Shown: positions 53,228-64,000 of the stretch, piece by piece
Layout of the letters: the number at the start of each line of letters is the position of its first letter
Position numbering within the stretch: the first letter of the stretch is position 1
NCBI RefSeq assembly: GCF_009914755.1
Contig: NC_060926.1
DNA length: 64,000 nucleotides
Reading direction: 5' to 3' (one strand)
From: the human T2T-CHM13v2.0 reference genome, Homo sapiens
The notes under the pieces: generated by a model
What the model was told of the DNA's origin: nothing
Database searches by the model: none
The model's input: the letters and a program-made list of their open reading frames with translations, nothing else
Translations under genes and position numbers: made by a program

Positions 53228-53874
53228 TCACCTCTCAATACAGATGTTGAAAATAGTAGCTTGATTGCCAGGGACCACAGGAGGCACTGCCTCCCTGCCA
53301 AGCCAGTGGATGTCTGCCCCAGGCTGCCAAGGCACAGATTGGGCATGGGTTGACTTCAGTGAAAGGGGAACTAGTATTCAGATCTAGAGTTCTGGAGAAG
53401 ATACCTCGCCTTGGACTAATACTGTTGTTGACACCAATAATATCACCTCTCCTGCTGCCTTAAACACCATTTCTTATCAGGGTAGTACTTCTGACAGGTT
53501 GCCGTTATGTCTTGTACCCAACATCCATCAAAGATAGAAGAGAAAGCGCTCAGGTAGATTTTCAGAGTGTTTTATTTGAAACCTTGTTGCAAAATTTGAA
53601 TCATAAATGTGGTGTTATATAAACACACCTGGAATTACAGGTGTGAGTCACCATTCCCAGCTTTCTCATCTTTAAGATGCGTACTAACCTAAGCAAATGG
53701 TAAAGATATCGTTTAATAGATGCTATGTCAGCATCTGAAAGGCAGAACCCACAATATCTGTGGATAAAGAACAAATTAAAGGAGCTATTTGATTTGTAAA
53801 AATACATGGGCTAGCACATATTTCTGAGAAATAGCAATAGCACAAAGAATAAAAATTATGCTAGTTATTTTTAC

Positions 53875-53985
53875 TACTCATTCCATAAGTATTTGTTAGC
53901 TACCTACTTTTTAATAGGTACTGTGAGTGACACTGGGAATACAAAATAAACGAACATGATTTATGACTTCAGAGTACTCACATCA
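53875..53985 (-). mobile_element. L2 3' end
   Basis: 'ctcattccataagtatttgttagctacctact...ggtactgtgagtgacactgggaatacaaaataaac'. Confidence 0.7.
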
Positions 53986-55099
53986 GGACATCAGGAATTG
54001 AGAGTAAAGATATACACAAGGACACTCCTATCCAGTAATCTCCCCTGCCCGGTTCATTTTACAGTAACTCTTTTTTCTTCCAGTGCTATGAATACACACG
54101 AATGAGTTTGCCAAAGTTACACTGCAATAAGAATTAAAACTTGCTATCAAGCAATTTTTTTCTTGACCATAGCTAGGTAATATGAGTTAATCGTTCTCAA
54201 AGTAGACTGGAAGAAAAAGTAAGATAAGAGGCGACTGATTATGGTAATAAAATAATTAAATTCCATTAAGATCAATTACCAACATAGGGATCTTAGCAAT
54301 TTTCTCTGTAATCATTCTCAATGGTCCTTTCTCTTACTGCCTTATGCCACAATATTTATTATCTAGAAAGGAAATTAACCCAATCCTCTCATCTCTTCCT
54401 GGCTTGATTCAGACGGCTCATTTTCTCATCAGAATGAATCCTGCATTCATTCCATTCTTTGATTGTGTGATATTCACATTTCCTTTGATTTGCCCCAGCA
54501 CAACACATTTTCAACACCCAATGTGAAGTCCACATGTTGCAAAGGATGACTGGCTTTTGCTGAGTGTCTATAAACCAGGGCTGGCTTCTTTCCTATTCCT
54601 AATCTACTCTATTGAACACTGTTCTTTTGAGCAAAATCAGATGCTTAACATCCTGAAGTATCCTGTAAGCTTGAACCTGAAAAATAGTTACATATATAAT
54701 GCTTATATATTACTGCTATGGATATTTCTAAAATTACTTATTAGCTTTCAGAGACAAACCTTATATCTACTCAGCAAATGGCTGTTATGATCCTGAATGC
54801 ATAGTGTGACCCATTTAAACCAGATCAATCTAAAGTAGGTAAGTCCTTGGACTTCAAACTGTGCTACAAGCTGACCAGCTGCCTATTAGTAAAGTAAGTT
54901 ACTTATATCATCTGCCTTGAGTTTCTTTACTTTAGTCATTTTTTATTACCATCAGTGTTGAAGTTGGGAGTAAATTAGAAGCTTCTTCTGGATGTGGGGG
55001 TAAAAATTATAATAAAATACCAACTAATCCAAGTTGATATTCTCTTCACACATACTCCCAAAAAGGAAGCCATTTGAGGTAGTGTGCAACCTTACAATA

Positions 55100-55220
55100 T
55101 TCATTTATTCAATAAATATATATTGATCACACAGTATGTGCTAGGCATTGTTCTAGGTATTGAAATTGAGCAGTGAAGAAAACACTCTTGCCCTTATGGA
55201 GTTTACATTCTAATAGGGGA
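55100..55220 (-). mobile_element. L2 3' end
   Basis: 'tcatttattcaataaatatatattga...tatgtgctaggcattgttctagg...gcccttatggagtttacattctaatagggga'. Confidence 0.8.
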
Positions 55221-56115
55221 AAAATAATCAGGGACAGGAGAAATAATCCAGGAACATGACAGAATTAGTTACTCATTTGCACAATAATGCAGGACTGATT
55301 ATTTTATAGGGGGAAAGACTCAAAGTCGTGTGACATAAGACATTGCATTTTTCTCATATGAAATTAGGAAAAAAATTCTCTTCTTAAGATAACATGCTTA
55401 CTTTCTTGAGAAACTCATGAGAGAATCAACGATAATGTTCATTATCGGAGAGTCAAAAATAGGAATTGGATTGGAGCACCAACATCCATTCTCACCCATG
55501 GTATCTAAGCCCACCTCCTCTTGATGAGTGGAGGAGAGCCTCCTCTAGCACCCACACAAAGTATGAGGCCCCCCAGTTTCTAAGACCCAAGAAAGGATCA
55601 AAGGAAGGGTGAGAGGGGCATTTCTTCCTCTAATAAAAAGACTGAAGTTTCCCAAAGCAGCCCCAGGGCACTTGACTAAGGGCCATGAGGGGCTGTGTTG
55701 AAGCTAAAGGGCAAAAAGAAAAGAGAAGGAGGGTTCAGGACCAAACACCCGCAGGTAGGCACCCTCTCCTGGAGGGGGGAAGTCCATCAGCCCCTTCCCT
55801 TGAGTCCTATAAGGGAACAGCAAAGTGGCAACTTTGAGACTCACGTTATCCCCAACAAAATCAAGTGTGTGTTTGATCTGAGAAAAACTAAGCAGACAGG
55901 AGAGTCTCAGGAAAAGGATGGCAAATGTCCCTGAAGCATACTGCTGAGATTTCTACTGGAGACAACACACACTCACTCACACACACACATGCAGACTCGT
56001 AGATGAAGTTTCCACAGATTATCACCAGCAACACAGTGATGCCCTGATAGATGGCAACAAAACAAAAACAAAAGCCTCTACATATGAGGTTGTAAAACTG
56101 AATTCTAGATTATCC

Positions 56116-56118
<3 letters not shown>

Positions 56119-56153
<35 letters not shown>
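56119..56153. repeat. (CA)n microsatellite
   Basis: About 17 uninterrupted CA units. Confidence 0.97.
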
Positions 56154-56154
<1 letters not shown>

Positions 56155-57296
56155 GTGAGCAAAAAATCTTCTTTAGGACAGAGGAGGGACTTTGCATGTA
56201 GAGTAAATAATGTATTCCATACAATGCTTGGAATTTCCTTGGGGAAAGGTACTCTAGCATTCCAGAGCATAATCATGCAAATAAAGTTCCCAACAGCCTC
56301 TACATGGTTCTATACCAAATAAATGGGTCAAAACAAACTCTAAGCCCTGTGTGACCAATTAACTCCACAAAAACACATACTAAACTTTACTGCAAATTTG
56401 AGCCACATAATCAAGTGATATAAAAATGTGTATTTATGTTCTGTCTACTTATAGTTTACATAGGGATTTGACATGTAAAACAGATTACATTACTGAAAAT
56501 AACTCAAAATACATAGCACACTTTTGATTACTATTTCATAGGGGCCTAAGGAACAGAGGGGAGTCCATGGGTAAAGAGTCTCAGCAGTCACAGGACTGAC
56601 TCTTAGGTGAGCGTAGGTTAGTATATTATGTATTTTTCCCCTTTACTTAAGAACTGGAGCCATGTGCATACTATAAATTATGGAATACATACATTATTTA
56701 TTAATTAAATTCTAACTATAAAGTTATAAAGCGGTACAAATATGGATGTCATTAAACTATTTTCAAAGGAAATGTTTCAATGTTTTCATGTTTGAATAGC
56801 TAAGTTAATTGATTGAACATGTTTAAATTTTATTCACATCCATTTATTATCAATTGATTAAGGCTTATAATTAATTCTAGAGATACCAAAACATTTGCAT
56901 GTTTTTTTAAAAAAACCAATTGCTCAAAATATGTTTCACTTCAAAGTGTCAACTTGCCATATTAAATTATTTCAACTTCAAAATACAGCCAAAACAAACA
57001 CATTTTAAAAGCAGGGCAATTTAAGTACAGAGTTGGTGATATTTTAGGTTATCATTACAAGTTCTCCTAGGCAGTTTATTGGCAAATATGCTCTCAAAGA
57101 CAAAGCTTCTGAACAGTAAAGAAAACACTTGGTTTAAAAACTACATTCAGCCTAGACAGTCTTGAGAATCCTAACTTCTTTGGAGTGCAAACAGCTAGAT
57201 TTCAAAGAGAATGAGAAAGCTGAATACACACACTCCAGAGACGTCCTCAGAGCCCACAGTCAACAGGAGACGTGCTGGGAAAGTGAGCTCTCTTAC

Positions 57297-57448
57297 CTGC
57301 CTCCATCACTTCTTCATAAAAGAAGATGAATACTTTCCAGACAATGCTCTGAGCAGAATTACTCCCAAAGCACTGGGGGAGGACTGCTTCTCCATGGTAC
57401 AACAATCCCTCTAGTGGCTGGGTCAGAAGGGTAGGCATTTCCATGAGC
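57297..57448 (-). other. Candidate spliced exon (152 nt; NAGNAG alternative gives 155 nt)
   Basis: Acceptor tggtcttctccagcag|G; donor CAG|gtaaga; one frame fully open (LMEMPTLLTQPLEGLLYHGEAVLPQCFG...EVMEA). Confidence 0.35.
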
Positions 57449-58019
57449 CTGCTGGAGAAGACCATGTAAGTATCTGTAATTTTAAGTTATTGGTCTTTCA
57501 CTGGAGGTTCCCAGAAATTCAGGAAACTAACCCATCCTCTACTCAGTAGAGCCAATGTTTTTCTAAAAGTGACTTCAAGGATAGCTCCTACCAAGTCTAA
57601 CACACTTCTTCATATAAACAAAATGGTAAAAGGAACCTAAATTTTGCTTACTACAAACAAAAATTTCATCATAAACATCACTGAATTTAGATACAATAAA
57701 TGTCAATGTAAATACAATAATGCCAAACTTAAATGATATCTGTAAATTCAGTATGTCTGGCCCACTGTATACATTTTAAGGAGCATCATCCTGGATGAAC
57801 TGAGATCTAGGTTACCAAATAAAACAAGTTAAAAAATTTTTTCTAATTCCAAACATACAAGTAACTTTGAGATCTGAACAAAGAAAAAAATGACTCACTG
57901 TTTATCCAATGAGGAAAATGAAAACTGTGTAGACCAGTCATCTGGATGGATTACTGACTTCTTTTTGGCTTTCATTTTATTTACTGCATATATGTTGGGT
58001 CGTTTTGTATTTTGTTCAG

Positions 58020-58290
58020 ATCCCACAGTTACTCCTAAGGAGGTTTATTTTGACCATGCTATTTTTAAAAGTACCACCCTGCCCTCTATTCTTTTACTCT
58101 GCTTTGTTTTTCTTTATAGCAGGTGTGACATATTAACAACATAATATGTTTTTATTTATTTATTGCCATATCCTTCAGTAAAATGCAAGGCTCTTCAAAA
58201 ATCAGAACTTCATTTATTTAATTCACTGCTATATCCTCAGTACCTAAGACAAGGTTTTGCAGAAAGTAAGACCTCAATAATTATTTGTGG
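58020..58290 (+). mobile_element. L2a 3' end
   Basis: 'ttactctgctttgtttttctttatagca...gtaaaatgcaaggctc...ttcactgctatatcctcagtacctaagaca...ctcaataattatttgt'. Confidence 0.82.
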
Positions 58291-58387
58291 ACAGAAAAGT
58301 AAACAGAGACTTTTACGGCAAGTAGAGTCTATTGACATAAAGTATTTGTTTCCAAATTTTGACCCTTCCATTATGTCAGTAAGATAA

Positions 58388-58759
58388 TGTATTAGTTTGT
58401 TCTCATGCTGCTATAAGGACATACCTGAGACTGGGTAATTTATAAAGGAAAGGGGTTTAATTGACTCACAGCTATACAGGGCTGGGGAGGCCTCAGGAAA
58501 CTTACAATCATGGTGGAGGGGGAAGCAAACACGTCCTTCTTCACATGTCAGCAGGAAGAAGTGCCAAGCAAATGGGGAAAGGCCCCTTATAAAACCATCA
58601 GCTTTCATGAGAACTCACTCACTATCACAAGAACAGCATGGGGGGTAACTGCCCCCATGATTTGATTACCTCCCACTCAATCCTTCCCACAATACATGGG
58701 GATTATGGGAATTACAATTCAAGACGAGATTTGAGTGGGGACACAGCCAAACCATATCA
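58388..58759 (-). mobile_element. THE1C/D LTR
   Basis: tgtattagtttgttctc...gccaaaccatatca; 5-bp TSD gataa/cataa. Confidence 0.95.
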
Positions 58760-59100
58760 CATAATATACTCTACCAAGTGATAAAGTAGTGTATTTCCAC
58801 TTTGTACTTGGGAGAATAAATAATGAAAGAGAAATAGTGTTACAGATTTTGATATGCCAATAAGAGGAAATTCACAAAAAATTTAAAACTTTTTTTTTTA
58901 AAATGCACAGCCAAAGTCTTACTGTAGCCATTAATAATTTGAACAGCATCCTCCAAACCACTTGGTAGGCCTTTGTATACTCCTAGGACACACAGAGGAT
59001 ATACCTAGAGAGCCATGCGTCAGCATTCTCTTGTAGTCTAGGCTCCTGGAAAAAAAATAAGAATTTTGTAAGAACTACAAAATAGAGTAAAATATACTAA

Positions 59101-59815
<715 letters not shown>

Positions 59816-60044
59816 AGAATATGCCTTGAGTTTCATTAAAAAGCAAGTACTTTAACGTTGCAGTTTGTGAGAGCTAGTAAAATATAAGAATTGAGAGATC
59901 AAATTAAAGGAAAATAGTGTCTCATTCCATTCTGTTTCTTTGACTAACAGTTTGACCAATATCATTTATGATGATCAAGCACCACTTATGTAAGAAGTAG
60001 TATAACAACACAATTTCAATTATTTTCAGAAAAGGGATTAATGT

Positions 60045-61052
60045 TGGACTTGTGGTTAAATATTATTCTACTCCCTCCTGAAACCCACTAACATAACAAT
60101 AAAGAGATGGATAAAAATGGCAAAGCCCACAAGAGCTAAACAAAATTGTAACTGGGAAATCAGTGGATAAATGGCAACTGATATGGCAGAGAGGAGTAAG
60201 CCTAGACTTAAGTTAGCAGAGAAAGCCCAGGAGCCCCAGAAAATCTCAGGAATTAGAGACATTAGGTAATCTTAGAAGTGGGGATTCAGGTGAGGCAGAA
60301 TACAGAATGGCAGATAGAATGTCAGTAGAAACCTGTAAATGTCTATATAGAAAGTACTGCACTCCAGATCCTACATAGACACACACACACACACCTCATC
60401 CAGCTGGAAAGCCACCTCTCCTCCAATGAGAATAACAGTGTCCTTCACTCTAATATAAATGGAGACTTCTACTTCTGAGTATGATGGAGAGCTAAGAACA
60501 GCAGAGCTAAGAACAACTAGAAAGGTAATTTTAAAAAAATTAAAGCTGTTTGAAGACATATAAGAACTCCTGAAATAATGGATTGAGAGGAGGAGGGAAA
60601 CAGCAGATAATGAGCTGATATTTCTGCAGTGGCATTCCCCTAGTGCATTGCCAATTCTGAGAGCAGGACAAGAAGTCAGCAATGCAGACTTTTCTCAGGC
60701 AGAGGAGAAACCAGCAAAGATTTTAGCAGTCTTCTGATGCTGGGAAGATAAAAACTGTAACAAAGTAACAAACAAATAGAAAGTCCAAAATCACAGTGAA
60801 AAAGAGAGAAATGGAAAAAGAAGGCTAACACTCATCTGGTATTATCCTTAAGACAAGAGTTCTGAAGTATCATGGGGCAGGAAGCTGAAAGCTAAGCAGA
60901 AATCTTTCAAGGAGCAGAGGGTAGATTTTTATGATCTTAAACTTCTGAGACAGCAAGGATTAAAGTTCAGGGTTTGACAGTGAAAAGGGTCTCAGTGAAT
61001 AAAACAAGCTCTTGGTTGGAAGATCTGCAGAGCTATGCCCCAAGAGTGGATC
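60045..61052 (+). mobile_element. Probable old L1M/L1ME or HAL1 5' region
   Basis: Purine-rich plus strand; continuous across the L1MA TSD with the L1 ORF1-like sequence at 63373 onward. Confidence 0.4.
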
Positions 61053-61927
61053 TAAAACAGAGGTAGAAAAAGACATCCCATGTTCATGGATTGGAATAAT
61101 TAATATTGTTAAAATGTCCATGCTACCCAAAGCAATCTACAGATTCAATGCGATCCCTATAAAAATTCCAATGACATTTTTACAGAAATTTTAAAAACAA
61201 TTTTAAAATTAATATGGAGGCACAAAAGACCCCAAATAGCAAAAACAATCTTGAGCAACAAAAACAAAGCTGAAAGCATCAATTACCCTATTTCAGAGTC
61301 TACTACAAAGCTATAGTAATCAATACAGCATGGTATTGGCATAAAAACAGACATATGGACTGATGGAACAGAATAGAGAGCCCAGAAATAAGTCCACACA
61401 TTTACAGTCAATAACTACAATAACTTGGGGATCTTCTATAATAATTTGGGGATCTTCAACAGATTCCCCAAGAACACAAAATGGAAAAAGTACAGTCTCT
61501 TCAATAAATGATGCTATTAAAGCTAGATAGCCACATTCAGAAGAGTAAAATTAAACTTTTATCTCACACTGTACACAAAATCAACTCAAAATGTATTAAA
61601 AACTTAAATGTAAGACCTGAAATTTAAACTAATAGAAGAAAACATAGAGAGAAAGCTCTACAACATTGGTCTTGGCAAAGAATTTTTGGATATGACCCCA
61701 AAAGCATAGGCAACAAAAGCAAAAATAAACAAATAGGATTGCGTCAAACTAAAAAGCTTATGTACAGCAAAGAAAACAATCAACCAAGTGAAGAGGCAAC
61801 CTACAAAATGAAAGAAATATATTTGCAAACCATACATCTGATAAAAGGTTGATATCCAAAATATATAAGGAACTCAAACAACTCAATAGCAAGATAACAC
61901 ATAACTCAATTAAAAAATGGGCAAAGG

Positions 61928-62232
61928 GACTGGGTGCAGTGGCTCATGTCTGTAATCCCAGCACTTTTGGAGGTCAAGGCAGGCAGATCACTTGAGCTCA
62001 GGAGTTCAAGACCAACCGGGGCAACATGGCAAGACCCTGTCACTACTAAAAATACAAAAAAAATTGCTAGGCGTCATGGCATGCACCTGTGGTCCCAGCT
62101 ACTTGGGAAGCTAAGGTGGGAAGATTGCTTGGGCTCAGGAGGCGAAGGTCGCAGTGAGCTGAGATTGTGTCACTGCACTCCAGCCTGGGTGACAGAGCCA
62201 GACACTGTCTCAAACTTAAATTTTTAAAAAAA
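61928..62232 (+). mobile_element. Alu (J/early S) nested in L1MA
   Basis: Alu dimer; TSD aaatgggcaaagg on both sides. Confidence 0.95.
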
Positions 62233-62641
62233 GAAATGGGCAAAGGACCTGAAGACAAATGGCCAAAAGATATATGAAAACATGCTCAATGTCACTAATC
62301 ACCAGGGAATACAAATTAAAACCACAATAAGATGTCACCTCACACCTGTTAGAGTGGCTATTATAAAAAAGACAGGGGATAGTATTTGTGAGGATGCAGA
62401 GAAAGGGGAACACCTCTATACTGTTAGTGGGAATATGAATTAGTAGAGCAATTATGGAAAATTAAATGGAAGTTTCTTGAAAATCGAAAGTAGAACTACC
62501 CTATCATATGATCCAGCAATTCCCCTTCTGGGTGTATGTCCAAAGGATATGAAATTAGTATATCAAACAGATGTCTGCACTCCCATATTAACTGCAGCAT
62601 TATTCACAGTAGCCAAGATAGAAAATCAACCTTAGTGTTCA

Positions 62642-62755
62642 CATTTACTTATGTAACAAACCTGCACATCCTGCACATATACCCCTGAACTTAAAATAAA
62701 AGTTTAAAAAAAGCTTTTTAATAGAGCAAAAATAAATAAATAAAAATTTTTAAAT
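62642..62755 (+). mobile_element. Very short L1PA/PB 3'-end insertion nested in L1MA
   Basis: 'atgtaacaaacctgcacatcctgcacatatacccctgaacttaaaataaaagtt'; TSD cttagtgttca (62631-62641 / 62756-62766). Confidence 0.9.
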
Positions 62756-63372
62756 CTTAGTGTTCATCAATGAACGTTTAAAGAAAATGTGGTATATTGT
62801 GGTATAGATATACAACGGGATACTATTCAGCCTTTCAAAAGAAGGTAAGCCTGTCATTTGTAACAACATGGATGAACCTGGAGGACATTATGCTAAGCAA
62901 GATAAGTCAGGCACAGAATGATGAATGCTACATGATCTCACTTATATGTGGAATCCTTAAAAAGTCAAATGTGTAGAAATATACAGTAGAATGGTGTTAT
63001 CAAGGGCCTAGGGTTATGGGGGAGGAAGAATTGGAGAAATGTTGGTCAAGGGATACAAAATTTCACTTAAACAGGAGGAATAAGTTCAGGAGAGCTATTG
63101 TAAGCACGATGAGTGACTATGGCTAATAACAATGTAAAGCATACTAGAAAATTGCTAAGAGAGTAGATTTTAAATGTGTTCACCAAAAAAAATGATAAGT
63201 ATGATGATTTAGCCTTTCCACAATGTATACTTATATCAAAGCATCATGTTGTACAATTTTTGTTTTATTTTGTTGTTTACTTTGTTATTAACTAGTAAAA
63301 GTATATAATTTTTACTCATCAATTAACAAAATTAAAAATTACAATTTTTTAAAAATAAAACAGAGTTAGAAA

Positions 63373-64000
63373 GAACTTACCAAAACTGTAATCCAGCTTT
63401 GATATATCTCAGTCCCTGATTGGATTAAGGTGAGCAGTTCTACTCTATCTGCCTGGAAAACGAAAAGTAAAACCTCTTTGGAGGAAGAAATCATTATTTG
63501 AACCTCTACAATTTTTTTCTTACCTAATGTCTCATATTCAATCAACAATTACTAGGCATGACAAAAGACAAGATCATATCAACAAAACTCAAGACAAAAA
63601 AACAGGAAATAGAAACAGGCCCATAATGACTATATATTGGAGGTAGCAGAGAGTGACATTAAAATAATCGTGATTAATATGTTCAGGAAAACAGAGGAAA
63701 AAGTGGCAAATCTCACCAGAGGACTAGAATCTATAGAAAAGAATCAAATAAAAACTCTAAAACTGAAAAGTAATATCTCTAAAATTAGGAACTCAATAGT
63801 TGGTTTTAAAACAGGTTACATATAAAGAAAGGAGACTAGTGATATAAAAGACTGGTAAATAAAAAACCCAAAGTGAAGAACTATGAAGAAAGGACTAGAA
63901 ACTATTTTTAAAAGTAAAACCCAACTAGGTCAGTCAAATGGCATAATATATATGTAACTGGAGTCTCAGAAAGCTAAGTGAGAGCTAGAGAATTGAGTAG
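63373..64000 (+). mobile_element. Old L1M(E) 5'UTR/ORF1 remnant
   Basis: 'cagtccctgattggattaaggtga'; ORF1 coiled-coil-like 'LEVAESDIKIIVINMFRK...KNQIKTLKLKSNISKIRNSIVGF'. Confidence 0.8.

Larger units (their letters stand above)
61070..63355 (+). mobile_element. 5'-truncated L1MA (ORF2 3' half plus 3'UTR)
   Basis: '[34 protein letters not shown]'; 17-bp TSD taaaacagaggtagaaa (61053-61069) / taaaacagagttagaaa (63356-63372). Confidence 0.95.

Overview
This is primate (most likely human or great-ape) nuclear DNA, AT-rich and CpG-depleted, and it reads as intergenic or deep intronic sequence. No CpG island, structural RNA gene or recognisable protein-coding gene is present. The ORF track is almost entirely Alu/L1/LTR-derived or chance frames. 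Roughly half of the window is interspersed repeat: Alus (J/S/Y), L1 fragments (PA/PB/MA/MB/ME), L2, MIR, MaLR LTRs (MLT1, MSTB, THE1), ERV1/ERVL LTRs (MER21, MER34, MER39, MER41B, MER61) and DNA transposons (Ricksha/MULE, MER85/piggyBac, Tigger3, MER5). Many of these are nested, with readable target-site duplications (TSDs). Points most worth a second look: (i) a compact minus-strand candidate transcription unit at ~47.4-42.4 kb (TATA-like box, four consecutive exon-like segments, a 75-aa spliced ORF, decayed signal-peptide/prohormone-like features; speculative); (ii) a MER41B LTR with both tandem STAT1 GAS sites intact, nested in a MER21 LTR that carries a strong splice donor; (iii) a complete Ricksha element carrying a MER61 3'-LTR plus internal fragment and a CTCF-like site; (iv) a MER85 with an intact PGBD3 palindrome; (v) a very old RTE/L4-like reverse-transcriptase fossil; (vi) PBX-HOX/MEIS motif clusters in repeat-free DNA; (vii) several template-switch hairpins and local duplications. 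Repeat subfamily names come from recalled consensus sequences, not a database search, and boundaries of old repeats are approximate.
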